From an uncultured Candidatus Saccharibacteria bacterium (GTDB taxonomy: Bacteria; Patescibacteriota; Minisyncoccia; UBA6257; 2-01-FULL-56-20), in NCBI GenBank assembly GCA_964360585.1, contig CAYHXC010000005.1, positions 7,947-71,946 of the forward strand: a stretch of DNA of 64,000 nt. Direction: 5' to 3'. A program made the translations under genes and the position numbers. This document shows positions 1-9,705 of this stretch, piece after piece. Within the stretch, counting starts at the first letter, position 1. Every line of letters starts with the position of its first letter. Below the pieces are notes generated by a model that saw only the letters and a list, made by a program, of their open reading frames with translations, was not told the origin of the DNA and did not search any database.

Positions 1-296
1 GGGTAGATATTGGAAGTCCTACCCACAACCAAAATCCAGTCCGCCCCAGCGGCCACGGCCTGTTCGATGAGCTCGTCGTTTGCATGGATCCCTTTGGCCA
101 GGATTGGCTTTTCGGTTAGTGCACGCGCCTTCCGGACCAAATCAAACGAACCACCCCAGCGTGGATCGGTGTGGATGGAGATGATGTCGCCAATTTTATT
201 CGCAATTTTAAATAATTCGTCCCACGTCTTTTCCGATTTAAATCCAAATGGGGACTGCGTTTTTACTTCGGCAATGATTTCTATGCCCCGATACAT
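1..296 (-). CDS. Indole-3-glycerol-phosphate synthase-like (TrpC-fold) protein, 5' part; continues beyond the window start
   Basis: Minus-strand translation from ATG at 296-294 reads MYRGIEIIAEVKTQSPFGFKS...ILAKGIHANDELIEQAVAAGADWILVV, matching the IGPS IAE(V/I)KxxSPSxG and GADxILLI motifs. The ORF runs off the window edge and is not in the supplied track. A TATAAT box lies 8 nt upstream of the ATG. Confidence 0.5.
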   Translation of the reverse strand, partial: MYRGIEIIAEVKTQSPFGFKSEKTWDELFKIANKIGDIISIHTDPRWGGSFDLVRKARALTEKPILAKGIHANDELIEQAVAAGADWILVVGRTSNIY

Positions 297-320
297 GTGT
301 AAATTATAGCAGGGAAGTGC

Positions 321-349
321 TTGAGAAGACGGTAAAACCAGTGTATATT
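321..349 (+). promoter_or_regulatory. Sigma70-like promoter for serS (TTGAGA-17-TATATT); the predicted TSS is next to the ATG, so the mRNA would be leaderless
   Basis: TTGAGA at 321-326, a 17-nt spacer, then TATATT at 344-349, about 7 nt upstream of the serS ATG at 357. No SD sequence is visible. Confidence 0.4.
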
Positions 350-356
350 GGTCTTT

Positions 357-1634
357 ATGATTGATGTGAAACTCCTTCGGGAAGAACCGAAAAAGGTAAA
401 AGACGGCATTGCCAAAAAAAATAAGGATCCGAAACTGGTGGATCGTTTTGGGGAGCTTGATGCCGAATGGCGAAAGTTGGTTAAGGAGGCAGACGAACTT
501 CGAGCAGAGCAGAAAAAAGTAGCCACAGTTCGAGACATTGAAGCGGGTAAGGAACTTAAGGGCAAGCTGAAAGAATTAGAAGAAAGAATCGCTACTGTAG
601 CAACGGAACGAGACACGGTTTGGCGACAGATTCCGAACCTGCCACTTCCCGATGTTATTGTTGGGAAAGATGAGTCAGAAAATCGGCCGATCCGAACTTG
701 GGGAGAGCCGACGAAGTTTGATTTTGAGCCGAAGGATCATCTTGATCTTGGAGAAGCTTTGGGGATGATTGATGTTAAAAAAGCGAGTGAGATTTCCGGG
801 TCGCGTTTCGCGTACTTGAAGGGAGATATCGCTATGCTGGAGTTTGCGCTTATCACCCACACCCTCCACACACTTCGGAATGAGGAAGTTTTGAAAGAGA
901 TTGCGGATAGGATTCGTCCGGGATATTCCACGAAGGCGTTTGTGCCGATCGTGCCACCACAGATGATCCGGCCGGAGATTTTTGCTCGGATGGGTCGGCT
1001 CGATCCGCCGGAAGATAAGTATTATATTCCATCCGATGATCTGTATCTTATCGGCAGTGCCGAACACACCTTGGGGCCGCTCCATATGGATGAGACACTT
1101 TCTGAAGATCAGTTGCCAATTCGCTATGTCGGATTTTCAACCAGTTTCCGGCGCGAGGCGGGTACGTACGGGAAGGATATGAAGGGCATTCTTCGTGTGC
1201 ACCAGTTTGATAAACTGGAAATGGAATCATTTACAACCAAAGAAGATTCCGGGGACGAACAAAACTTCCTTGTTGGCATTCAAGAGTATTTACTTCAGTC
1301 GCTTGGGTTGCCATACCAGGTGATGTCCATTTGCACTGGAGATATGGGCGGACCGGATGCGCGACAGATTGATATCGATGCCTGGATGCCCGGACAGGGG
1401 AAGTACCGTGAGACGCACACCTCTGATCTTATGACCGACTATCAGTCGCGCCGTTTGAGCATTAAAGTTCGTCGCGAGGACGGAACGGTCGAACTAGTTC
1501 ATATGAATGATGCTACCGCTTTTGCCGTCGGGCGGATTCTGATTGCGATCATGGAAAACTACCAGACAAGTGATGGCACGATTCGTATTCCCGAAGTTCT
1601 TGTAACCTACATGGGGAAAGCGGTGATCGGCTAG
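357..1634 (+). CDS. serS: Seryl-tRNA synthetase
   Basis: N-terminal coiled-coil MIDVKLLREEP, class II motifs, and C-terminal RILIAIMENYQTSDGTIRIPEVL. Start chosen at the second ATG (357) to match the canonical N-terminus. Confidence 0.9.
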   Translation: MIDVKLLREEPKKVKDGIAKKNKDPKLVDRFGELDAEWRKLVKEADELRAEQKKVATVRDIEAGKELKGKLKELEERIATVATERDTVWRQIPNLPLPDVIVGKDESENRPIRTWGEPTKFDFEPKDHLDLGEALGMIDVKKASEISGSRFAYLKGDIAMLEFALITHTLHTLRNEEVLKEIADRIRPGYSTKAFVPIVPPQMIRPEIFARMGRLDPPEDKYYIPSDDLYLIGSAEHTLGPLHMDETLSEDQLPIRYVGFSTSFRREAGTYGKDMKGILRVHQFDKLEMESFTTKEDSGDEQNFLVGIQEYLLQSLGLPYQVMSICTGDMGGPDARQIDIDAWMPGQGKYRETHTSDLMTDYQSRRLSIKVRREDGTVELVHMNDATAFAVGRILIAIMENYQTSDGTIRIPEVLVTYMGKAVIG

Positions 1635-1669
1635 TGGCAGTTTTTAGGAAGGAATTCTAAAATTATCGT

Positions 1670-2626
1670 ATGCTCGAGATTATTCAGCGTCTAAGAGAGA
1701 AGGCCGGATTAGGTTTCTATCTTCGTCCCCAGACCTACGAAGTTTCTTTGGAAGTGGTGTTGGCTAATATTTGCATGTTCAGTCGTGACTACGCCGTTCT
1801 CGTTCCGCTTCCTCGCGAGTCCCGGAATCAGCGGATCACGAAGGGCCCGGAGATTTTTCCGAAGACCGTTAGCATCCAGTATGATCGCGAGTTCAATAAT
1901 CCGTACGTGGTTTTTACCGGCAATAGTGTTTCCAAAGAAAGTTTTATTTTTCGGGTAAATTTTGAGGTGGCGGTTGATCGAAGTGAGGTGCGACGAAGGC
2001 AGACGTTTATCACCTCTGATTACGCTCGGCTTGACCGGGCGCTTTTTGATCAGTGGACGGCTTCAAGCGAACATATTGATATTCGCGACACACGAATTAT
2101 CAGTCTCGCGAATGAGGTGAAAAAAGGAGCCAGCGACGTCTATGGTGTCCTTGCGAATATCAATGAGTACATTATTAGTCATCTTCGTTATGGCGAGCCA
2201 ATCGCGGGACTCTATTCAGTTGACCAGACACTCACAAAAACCGTCGTGGATTGCGGCGGATTCGATGTTCTTTTTATTGCGCTCGCGCGGGCGTGCGGCA
2301 TTCCGGCGCGTCTTGTTTCCGGGTACTGGGCTGGCTACGGCACGAACACTATGCACGCCTGGGCTGAAGCGCTTCTACCCGATGGCGAGTGGTTGCCGGC
2401 TGATCCATCTGTGGAACAGTTGACTCGAGGGGGACGAACGTTGAAAGGCGGCCGATTGGGATTTATCGGCAGCAATCGTCTTATCTTTTCCTACGGTACG
2501 GATATTCCGATTGTGGTTGATGGAAAAACAATGACCTTGCCATTACTCCAGAATCCAGTGCTCGTTTTCCCCGAAACGCTGGAGGATTTTTCTTTGACGT
2601 ACACAGTAAAAACAAAGCGGTTATGA
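1670..2626 (+). CDS. Transglutaminase-like domain protein
   Basis: VVDCGGFDVLFIALARACGIPARLVSGYW...MHAWAEALLPDGEWLPADPS, a Cys-His-Asp transglutaminase-like core. Confidence 0.6.
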   Translation: MLEIIQRLREKAGLGFYLRPQTYEVSLEVVLANICMFSRDYAVLVPLPRESRNQRITKGPEIFPKTVSIQYDREFNNPYVVFTGNSVSKESFIFRVNFEVAVDRSEVRRRQTFITSDYARLDRALFDQWTASSEHIDIRDTRIISLANEVKKGASDVYGVLANINEYIISHLRYGEPIAGLYSVDQTLTKTVVDCGGFDVLFIALARACGIPARLVSGYWAGYGTNTMHAWAEALLPDGEWLPADPSVEQLTRGGRTLKGGRLGFIGSNRLIFSYGTDIPIVVDGKTMTLPLLQNPVLVFPETLEDFSLTYTVKTKRL

Positions 2627-3870
2627 GGCGAGCAATCTTCACCGGATTTTCTCCAAATCTTGAGTGGAGCGACGCTTTTTTGGCTTGGCGGATTTTTTTC
2701 CAGCCGTGGCGGTGGCGAAAGGGGAACGTGGCCAAAGCACTTGAGGCGCGCATTCGCCAGGATTTTACGATCAGGTATGCGGTGGCGTTCGAGTCGGGAC
2801 GAACCAGCCTGACAACACTGCTTCAGACTTCCGGATTAGCCGCGGGCGATGAAGTGGCGCTTCAGGCCTACACCTGTGTTGCTGTGCCGAACGCTGTCTT
2901 ATGGGCGGGACTGAAACCCATCTATATCGACTGTCTCCGAGACACGCTCACGATGTCGCCCCGGGATGTAGAGAAGAAAATTACGCCGCGGACAAAAGCC
3001 ATCATTATTCAGTACACCTTCGGTCAGGTTGGAGCGCTCGACGAAATTTTGAAAATTGCGCGCGAGAAAAATCTCATTGTGATCGAAGACTGCGCTCATG
3101 TGATCGGCGGGAAGCATCACGGACAGCTTTTAGGCACAGTGGGAGATGCCAGTTTTTTTAGTTTCGGCCGGGACAAGGTAATTTCCGGCGTTTTTGGCGG
3201 TATGGCGCTTACCAATAACGACGATTGGGGCAAACGTCTTCGGGCCGCCGAAGAAAAATATAATTTTCCGGATTATCTTTGGATCTGGCAACAGATCAAT
3301 CATCCCATTGTAACCATGAAAGCAAAACTGTTGTACCGGATTGGTTTGGGAAAGGTGATTTTTCGAGTGGCGCAAAAACTGCACTGGATTTCCAAAACTG
3401 TTGTACCAGCCGAACGAAATGGAAAGAAGCCGCCGTTCGTTTTCCGAAAAATGCCGAACGCGCTCGCCCGACTGACGCTTCATCAGTACGAAAAACTGGA
3501 ACGATTCAACACGCATCGCAAGAGTATTGGGAAGTGGTATCGGGAAAAACTCCGTGGCAATCAAACCTACGAACTATTACGCGAGGAAGAGGAAAGTATT
3601 CCGCTTCGTTTTTTCGTTCAGGTGGAAAATCCGAATGACCTCATTCGTTTCGCTAAAAAGGAAAGTATCTACCTCGGCGACTGGTATAATGAGGCGGTTG
3701 CTCCAACGGGCGTGCAGTATGAACGAATCGGATATCAAGAGGGAAGCTGTCCCGTGGCGGAAGAGTTGGCTAAACATTCCGTAAATCTTCCCGTCGATAT
3801 CCATAGCGGAGAAAAAGAAGCTAAGCGAGTTATAGACACCCTCCAAAAATATTCCGAAGAAAAAAAATGA
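2623..3870 (+). CDS. DegT/DnrJ/EryC1/StrS-family PLP-dependent aminotransferase
   Basis: AYTCVAVPNAVLWAGLKPIYIDC...AIIIQYTFGQVG...IVIEDCAHVIGG...FFSFGRDKVISG, typical of sugar aminotransferases. The start overlaps the upstream stop. Confidence 0.75.
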   Translation: MRRAIFTGFSPNLEWSDAFLAWRIFFQPWRWRKGNVAKALEARIRQDFTIRYAVAFESGRTSLTTLLQTSGLAAGDEVALQAYTCVAVPNAVLWAGLKPIYIDCLRDTLTMSPRDVEKKITPRTKAIIIQYTFGQVGALDEILKIAREKNLIVIEDCAHVIGGKHHGQLLGTVGDASFFSFGRDKVISGVFGGMALTNNDDWGKRLRAAEEKYNFPDYLWIWQQINHPIVTMKAKLLYRIGLGKVIFRVAQKLHWISKTVVPAERNGKKPPFVFRKMPNALARLTLHQYEKLERFNTHRKSIGKWYREKLRGNQTYELLREEEESIPLRFFVQVENPNDLIRFAKKESIYLGDWYNEAVAPTGVQYERIGYQEGSCPVAEELAKHSVNLPVDIHSGEKEAKRVIDTLQKYSEEKK

Positions 3871-4889
3871 CCATAGCAGAAATTCATTCGAAAACGGAAT
3901 GGGAGCATTTTTTAGCCGAGGCAAGCCCGCATTCTTTTTTACACTCATGGAACTGGGGTGAGGTTCAGGAAAAGTTAGGGACAAAAGTAATTCGCCTTGG
4001 GCTCTACGAAGATCAATCTCTCATCGCGGTCGCCCTCATCCTTCTTATAAAAGCGCGGCGAGGCTCATTTCTCTTTTGCCCTCATGGACCGGTGGTTGAA
4101 AACAAGGAAAACATAAAACCGGTTCTTACAACGCTTCTTCCCGAGCTCGAGAAGAGAGGCAAGGAGCTGGGGTGTGTCTTCATCCGCGTGAGTCCACTGT
4201 TCAAAAAAAATTCGGAGTACGAAGCCATTTTTCGAGAGTTAGGATTTCGGAACGCACCGGTTCATTTAATGCATCCAGAGTTGGCCTGGATTTTAAATAT
4301 TGATGAGAGCGAGGAAGCCATTCTCAAAAATATGCGGAAGACAACCCGGTATCTGGTGAGGCGAGGAGAGAAGGAAGGGGTCAAAATTCGGATTGGAGAA
4401 ACGAAAGAGGATCTCGAAAATTTCCTCAAAGTCTATCGCACGACTGTTGACCGCCAAAACTTTACTCCCTTTAAAGGTGATTTTTTTAAAACCGAGCTCG
4501 AGGTTTTTAAAAAAGATAATCAGGTGAAGCTATTTTTGGCCGAGTATGACGGAAAAGTAATTACCGCGGCCATGATCGTGTTTTATGGCCAGTCTGCTTT
4601 CTATCACCATGGAGCGTCGGATCAGACATACAGCCACATTCCCGGCGCCTATCTCCTCCAGTGGCAGGTTATTCGTGAAGCAAAGGCGCGAGGACTACAG
4701 TTCTATAATTTTTGGGGAATCGTTCCACCGGAAGAAAAGAAACACCCTTGGGCGGGCCTTTCGCTTTTTAAAACCGGTTTCGGGGGGTATAGCGAAGTCT
4801 ATCTCCACGCCCAAGACTATCTGCTTTCTCAAAAATACTGGCTTGTGTATTTCATTGAGACACTGCGGCGAAAGAAACGGAGACTCTAA
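3867..4889 (+). CDS. FemAB-family peptidoglycan peptide-bridge aminoacyltransferase
   Basis: HSKTEWEHFLAEASPHSFLHSWNWGEV...YHHGASDQTYSHIPGAYLLQWQVIREAKARGLQFYNFWGI; FemAB/MurM-like. The start overlaps the DegT stop, suggesting an operon. Confidence 0.75.
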   Translation: MTIAEIHSKTEWEHFLAEASPHSFLHSWNWGEVQEKLGTKVIRLGLYEDQSLIAVALILLIKARRGSFLFCPHGPVVENKENIKPVLTTLLPELEKRGKELGCVFIRVSPLFKKNSEYEAIFRELGFRNAPVHLMHPELAWILNIDESEEAILKNMRKTTRYLVRRGEKEGVKIRIGETKEDLENFLKVYRTTVDRQNFTPFKGDFFKTELEVFKKDNQVKLFLAEYDGKVITAAMIVFYGQSAFYHHGASDQTYSHIPGAYLLQWQVIREAKARGLQFYNFWGIVPPEEKKHPWAGLSLFKTGFGGYSEVYLHAQDYLLSQKYWLVYFIETLRRKKRRL

Positions 4890-5048
4890 TTTATGCTGTG
4901 GAGATTTTTTCTTTGGTTAATTGAGGGCAAGAAGGTAAGATGAAAGCATGTCAGGTAGTGAAAATTCGATATTTCTCGGGATTATTTTACCTGGATATAA
5001 AAAGGCGCCGGCTTTGTTTTTTAACCAATCGAATTTTTACTATCTAAC

Positions 5049-5879
5049 ATGAACCCGCCTCAACGGGAGAAACTGCCGCCGCGGGTGAGCGATCTCCACA
5101 CGCACGCTCGCCGTGAAAAACGGAAAACCTTACTTATTTTCGGATCTGTTTTTTTGATCATTCTTGGCGTTGTCGCCTGGTGGCTTTTCATTCAGTCGCG
5201 TGTTCTTCGGTTCGATACGTTTGCCGTCGAAGGCAACACGCGCCTGACCGACCAGGAAATCATCACCCTCCTTAAGGAAAAAGTTATTGCGCCGAAATTT
5301 TTCAGTCGCTTCTTGGGGCAGGATCATTTTTTCATCTGGCCGAGGGCGATCAGTTCGAAGCAGGTGCGAACCTTGGGAAATTTGAAAAATATCTCCTTTG
5401 ATCGTGACATTGTACAGCACCGTCTTACGATTACGGTCGAGGAGTATCAGTTTTTTGCCACCATCTGTCTTCGGAAAAATGATCCGCCGAAATGTTTTTG
5501 GTTCGACAAGGACGGCAATGTGTTCGAAGACGCCTTCTTTCCCGAGGGGATTTTAGTTTTCCGACTCGACGACTCTGTTCGAGAGAACCTGGCGCTTGGA
5601 GACGCTATCTACCCACCGGAAAAACAAGCCAACCTCCTGTCAGTTTTTACGATTATCAAAGAATTGGAGCTTGAAACGTCTGCTTGGACGATTCGCGCCA
5701 ACACACCCGATATTCTCGAAGTTCAGGTTCTGGATGGACCGCTTATCTACTTCAATCTGCAGTTTCCGAGCGCGTACACCGGACAGATAATCCGTTCTTT
5801 GATCGGCCAGAAAGGATTGCGGAACATTGAGTATATTGATTTTCGTATAGAGAACCGTGTCTACTACAAAGATGCATAA
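5049..5879 (+). CDS. ftsQ: FtsQ/DivIB-like cell division protein (TM helix plus POTRA domain)
   Basis: One N-terminal TM helix, then VLRFDTFAVEGNTRLTDQEI...ISFDRDIVQHRLTITVEE...FWFDKDGNVFE, a POTRA/FtsQ pattern. Confidence 0.55.
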   Translation: MNPPQREKLPPRVSDLHTHARREKRKTLLIFGSVFLIILGVVAWWLFIQSRVLRFDTFAVEGNTRLTDQEIITLLKEKVIAPKFFSRFLGQDHFFIWPRAISSKQVRTLGNLKNISFDRDIVQHRLTITVEEYQFFATICLRKNDPPKCFWFDKDGNVFEDAFFPEGILVFRLDDSVRENLALGDAIYPPEKQANLLSVFTIIKELELETSAWTIRANTPDILEVQVLDGPLIYFNLQFPSAYTGQIIRSLIGQKGLRNIEYIDFRIENRVYYKDA

Positions 5880-5902
5880 AAAAGAAAGTCTTTGTAGTTT
5901 TT

Positions 5903-6029
5903 GTCATTGCGCCTGTCCGTCGAAGCCTCGGCGTAGGTGGAAGCTTCAGTAGGAGCGTGGCAATCTTGAGTCGATAACTCTTAGATTGCTTCGTTTCATC
6001 GAGCTAAGCTCGATTTCACTCGCAATGAC
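5903..6029. repeat. Nested-palindrome MITE-like repeat, copy A (GTCATTGCG...GTGGCAATCT...AGATTGC...CGCAATGAC)
   Basis: Terminal inverted repeats GTCATTGCG/CGCAATGAC flank an internal inverted repeat GGCAATCT/AGATTGC. It sits between the convergent ends of the ftsQ-like gene and dnaE. Confidence 0.7.
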
Positions 6030-6049
6030 AGAATGACAATTTCTTACTC

Positions 6050-9000
6050 TCAACTAAGGCTTACGGCGTTCTCGCAAATCATCTTCGGTTCGCCGTTTCG
6101 CCAGGAGATTTTTCCTTTGAGATAGATGACATTGCTTTCCTGCCAGACCTGGCCTGTTTTGTTTAAGATGTCGTTAAAGACAACGACCTCGAGCGGTTTT
6201 ATGGAGAAGTCTTCGATGTGGGCAAAAAGCATTGGCTGGCCGTTTTTCGTCACAATCTTCTGGATGCGGGAAATAAGACCAAGGATCTTTATCGTCCGGC
6301 CGTCATTTTGGGGTTCCCGGGCCTGGTCGATCGGCGTGCTTTGCCACTCTTTCATTTTATTCGTGAAGCGATTCAAGGGATGATCGGAAAGGAAAAATCC
6401 CAAGAGTTCTTTTTCCCAAACCAGTTTTTCCTGGTCGTTCGTGGCCGCGTTTGGTTTTTTAAGCGTAAGCGTGGCTGTTGGCGGATGGTTGTTGCCAAAA
6501 AGGGAATTCACTGATTCGGTGGCGGCGCGTTTCATGGTTGAACTGAACTTCAGTATCTCATCCATGTTTTCGATAATTTCCTGACGGTCAATTTTCAAGG
6601 AGTCGAAGGTGCCGCACTTGGCCAAGCTTTCCAGGGATTTTTTATTGAGATCCTTGTGATGAATGCGGCGGACAAAATCGTTAAAGTCCTTGAATGATCC
6701 ACCGCGACTTCGCTCTTCGATAATATTCTCCACAATCGCCGCCCCGACATTTTTAATAGCCAGAAGACCGAACCGGATACCAAGACCAGCGCCTTCTTCT
6801 GGGGTGAAGGTTACAAAACTGCGATTGATGTCTGGCGGAAGAATCTGAATTTTCTGTTCCCGTCCTTCCTGGATCAAAAACGAAATACGTTCGATGTCAT
6901 TCATTTCCGCGTTCAAAAGACTAGCCATGAATTCCAGGGGATAGCGGGCCTTCAGATAGGCGGTTTGATATCCAATTAAAGCGTAGCAGGCGGCATGGCT
7001 TTTGTTGAAGCCGTACCGAGCAAACGGCGGAAAGAGTTCCCAGATGGCTTTAGCGGTTTTTTCTGGAATGCCGTTTTTCTCCATGCCCGAGATTAACTTT
7101 TCTTTTTGTTCATCGAGCAGGGATTTAATTTTTTTACCGATAGCTTTGCGGAGTGTGTCAGCTTCAGCCAGAGTAAAACCGGCCAAACTGCGGGCGATCT
7201 GCATCATCTGCTCCTGATACACACCGATGCCATAGGTCATGCCGAGAATCGGCTCAAGTTTGGGGTGAAGATACGTTATTTTTTCCTTACCTTCTTTGCG
7301 TTTGATAAACGATGGAATCAGTTCCATCGGTCCGGGACGGAATAAAGCCACGAGTGCGATCAGATCTTCGAGCATCGTCGGTTTCATTTCTTTCATGTAC
7401 CTTCGCATGCCGCTCGACTCAAACTGGAAGACGCCGGTTGTGTCGCCGGCTTGGAGGAGGGCGAAGGTGGCGGCATCATCAAGCGGCAGTTTTGACATGT
7501 TGATGTTTTCACCGCGTGTTTCGCGAACGAGGCGGATGGTGTCTTGAATGGTCGAGAGGTTACGAAGGCCGAGGAAGTCAATTTTCAAAAGTCCGAGATC
7601 CTCCACGGTACGCATTTCAAACTGGGTGATGATACTTGTCTTATCTTGCGGGGCAAACTGGAGCGGAACGTGATTTACAAGTGGATCTTTCGAAATCACC
7701 GTGCCGCAGGCGTGGACTGAAGCGTGACGCGCCACGCCTTCTAAGTGAAGCGCCACGTCAATCAATTTTTTTGCATCAGTGTTCGTGGTATAGAGCTGTT
7801 TTAGTTCCACAACGTCGTCCAAGGCGGTCTGAAGCTCAAGATGCGGCGTCGGTGGAATCAGTTTGGCAATCTGATCACAGAAATCGTAGGACAGTCCCAT
7901 GGCTCGGCCAGCGTCACGAATCGCGGCGCGCGCCGCCATCGTTCCAAAAGTAATAATTTGGGCCACACGGTCCTGGCCATATTTTTCTCGGGCGTAAGCG
8001 AGAACCTCGTCGCGGCGCGTATCGGCAAAATCGATATCGACGTCAGGCATCTGGATACGATCAGGGTTCAAGAAGCGTTCAAAGAGAAGATCGTAGGCGA
8101 GGGGATTGATGTCGGTGATGCGGAGAATGTATGAAAGCAAGCTACCAGCGGCCGATCCACGGCCTGGTCCAACAGAAATGCCGTGGTCTTTGGCCCAGTT
8201 GATCAAATCCTGGACGATTAAAAAGTAATCGGCGAAGCCAGTTTTTTCGATGACGCTCATCTCGTACTCAATTCGCTCCAAGACTTCCGGTGTTTGTTCT
8301 TCTTTGGTAAATCGTTCGCCGATCCGTTCGTTTACGAGATCGCGCAAGTACTCGTTTGCCGATTTGCCGTTTGGTTTTTCAAAGTGAGGAAGGAGAATGC
8401 CGCCCAATTCCAGTTCAAGATTGCACCGATTGGCAATGACTTGGGTGTTCACGACTGCTTCTGGTATAAAAGAAAATTTTTCCGCCATCTCTTCGGGCGA
8501 AGGCATAGAGAAGTCCTCGTCTTTCATGCTCAAACGGTCATCATCGCTCAAACGATTGCCGGTTTGAACCGCTAACAAGATGTCGTGATACTCGGCTTCG
8601 TCTTTATGTAAGTAATGGCTATCCTGGGTGGCGACAAGCGGTACGCCCGTTGTTTTTGAAAGTTCTAAAAGGAGTGGTTCGAGCTGTTCGGATTCCGGAA
8701 TATTCGGATGTTTCTGAATCTCGAGATAATAATTGTCCTTGCCCATAATCTCCTGATACTCAAGAGCGATTCGCTTAGCCTCATCTTTTTTTCCGGCGAG
8801 CAAGGATTGGGCGATCTCTCCTCCAAGACAAGCCGAAAGGGCGATCAGACCTTCGTGATGTTCGCGGAGAATTTCCTTATCAATGCGCGGTTTATAATAG
8901 TAGCCCTCGAGATGCGCGCGCGTGGAAAGCCGGATGAGATTTTTCCAGCCGACCATGTTGGTCGCGAGAAGAATGAGGTGATAGTACTTTTCGCCGGGAT

Positions 9001-9232
9001 CACGTGAGAGGCGAGTCTTTGGAGCAACGTACGTTTCAATGCCGATAATTGGTTTTACGCCCGCTTTCTTCGCTTTTTTATAAAACTCGATCGCCCCATA
9101 GAGGACACCGTGGTCAGTCAAAGCCACACTTTCCATCCTCTGGTCTTTGACGTGTTTTACGAGATTGTCGATTTTGGCGAGTCCGTCCAAGAGGGAGTAG
9201 TGGCTATGAACGTGGAGATGAGTGAACTTCAT
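6050..9232 (-). CDS. dnaE: DNA polymerase III alpha subunit
   Basis: N-terminal PHP domain MKFTHLHVHSHYSLLDG, polymerase core, and OB-fold; 1060 aa. Confidence 0.95.
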   Translation of the reverse strand: MKFTHLHVHSHYSLLDGLAKIDNLVKHVKDQRMESVALTDHGVLYGAIEFYKKAKKAGVKPIIGIETYVAPKTRLSRDPGEKYYHLILLATNMVGWKNLIRLSTRAHLEGYYYKPRIDKEILREHHEGLIALSACLGGEIAQSLLAGKKDEAKRIALEYQEIMGKDNYYLEIQKHPNIPESEQLEPLLLELSKTTGVPLVATQDSHYLHKDEAEYHDILLAVQTGNRLSDDDRLSMKDEDFSMPSPEEMAEKFSFIPEAVVNTQVIANRCNLELELGGILLPHFEKPNGKSANEYLRDLVNERIGERFTKEEQTPEVLERIEYEMSVIEKTGFADYFLIVQDLINWAKDHGISVGPGRGSAAGSLLSYILRITDINPLAYDLLFERFLNPDRIQMPDVDIDFADTRRDEVLAYAREKYGQDRVAQIITFGTMAARAAIRDAGRAMGLSYDFCDQIAKLIPPTPHLELQTALDDVVELKQLYTTNTDAKKLIDVALHLEGVARHASVHACGTVISKDPLVNHVPLQFAPQDKTSIITQFEMRTVEDLGLLKIDFLGLRNLSTIQDTIRLVRETRGENINMSKLPLDDAATFALLQAGDTTGVFQFESSGMRRYMKEMKPTMLEDLIALVALFRPGPMELIPSFIKRKEGKEKITYLHPKLEPILGMTYGIGVYQEQMMQIARSLAGFTLAEADTLRKAIGKKIKSLLDEQKEKLISGMEKNGIPEKTAKAIWELFPPFARYGFNKSHAACYALIGYQTAYLKARYPLEFMASLLNAEMNDIERISFLIQEGREQKIQILPPDINRSFVTFTPEEGAGLGIRFGLLAIKNVGAAIVENIIEERSRGGSFKDFNDFVRRIHHKDLNKKSLESLAKCGTFDSLKIDRQEIIENMDEILKFSSTMKRAATESVNSLFGNNHPPTATLTLKKPNAATNDQEKLVWEKELLGFFLSDHPLNRFTNKMKEWQSTPIDQAREPQNDGRTIKILGLISRIQKIVTKNGQPMLFAHIEDFSIKPLEVVVFNDILNKTGQVWQESNVIYLKGKISWRNGEPKMICENAVSLS

Positions 9233-9329
9233 AGGGTCTAGGGGTTAGTGTAGAGGGTGGCAAATAGCAAACACTCTTGACGTGATTGTAATGGAAAAAC
9301 TCTATTACTGAAAGCCTAGTTTTTTTGTC

Positions 9330-9400
9330 GGTCATTGCGCCTGCCCGGCCGTAGTTTTAACAAAGGAGGGAGGAGCGAATCGACGTGGCAATCTCTAGTC
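9330..9400. repeat. Nested-palindrome MITE-like repeat, copy B (truncated or half element)
   Basis: GTCATTGCGCCTGCCCG...GGAGGGAGG...CGACGTGGCAATCTCTAG. It shares the left TIR and the inner-arm module with copies A, C and E, but has no right TIR. Confidence 0.55.
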
Positions 9401-9441
9401 ATTCGGTATAAGTTGTGGTAATTTTTGGATGCATTTGCCCT

Positions 9442-9514
9442 CCTAACTTTCGAGTGTTGACGAGGAATGGAAGCCCAATTGGAGTATTAGTCATTTCTCG
9501 AAAGTTAGGAGGGT
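9442..9514. other. Long hairpin (17-bp stem, CCTCCTAACTTTCGAG/CTCGAAAGTTAGGAGG) upstream of the tRNA cluster
   Basis: Perfect inverted repeat with a ~38-nt loop, directly in front of the tRNA-like 5' half at 9518. Confidence 0.5.
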
Positions 9515-9517
9515 AAA

Positions 9518-9560
9518 GCCGCCCTAGCTCAGTGGTAGAGCAGCGCTTTTGCTCCGACGC
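9518..9560 (+). other. tRNA-like 5' half (acceptor strand GCCGCCC plus D-arm) with no anticodon arm
   Basis: GCCGCCC-TA-GCTCAGTGGTAGAGCA is near-identical to the 5' part of the downstream tRNA-Thr. Its acceptor strand is complementary to the 3' half at 9706-9748. Confidence 0.45.
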
Positions 9561-9608
9561 ACTATTTATGATTAAACTAAAGAAGTCGGAGTCCCGACAA
9601 TCAATTTT

Positions 9609-9680
9609 GCCGAAGTAGCTCAGTGGCAGAGCAACTGTTTTGTAAACAGTAGGTCGTGGGTTCAAATCCCACCTTCGGCT
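9609..9680 (+). tRNA. tRNA-Thr (anticodon UGU)
   Basis: Full cloverleaf: acceptor GCCGAAG/CTTCGGC, D-arm GCTC/GAGC, anticodon arm ACTGT-TTTGTAA-ACAGT, T-arm GTGGG-TTCAAAT-CCCAC. Confidence 0.85.
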
Positions 9681-9705
9681 CAAATATGGCAAAATTATTC
9701 GTCGG

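Noticed and set aside
10-309. 99-aa plus-strand ORF at the window start
   Set aside because: The opposite strand encodes a convincing TrpC-fold protein (IAEVKTQSPFGF...GADWILVV), and the plus-strand translation is low-complexity.
6126-8575. Multiple 60-100-aa plus-strand ORFs inside dnaE
   Set aside because: They lie antisense within a 1060-aa, well-supported dnaE reading frame and are typical shadow ORFs.
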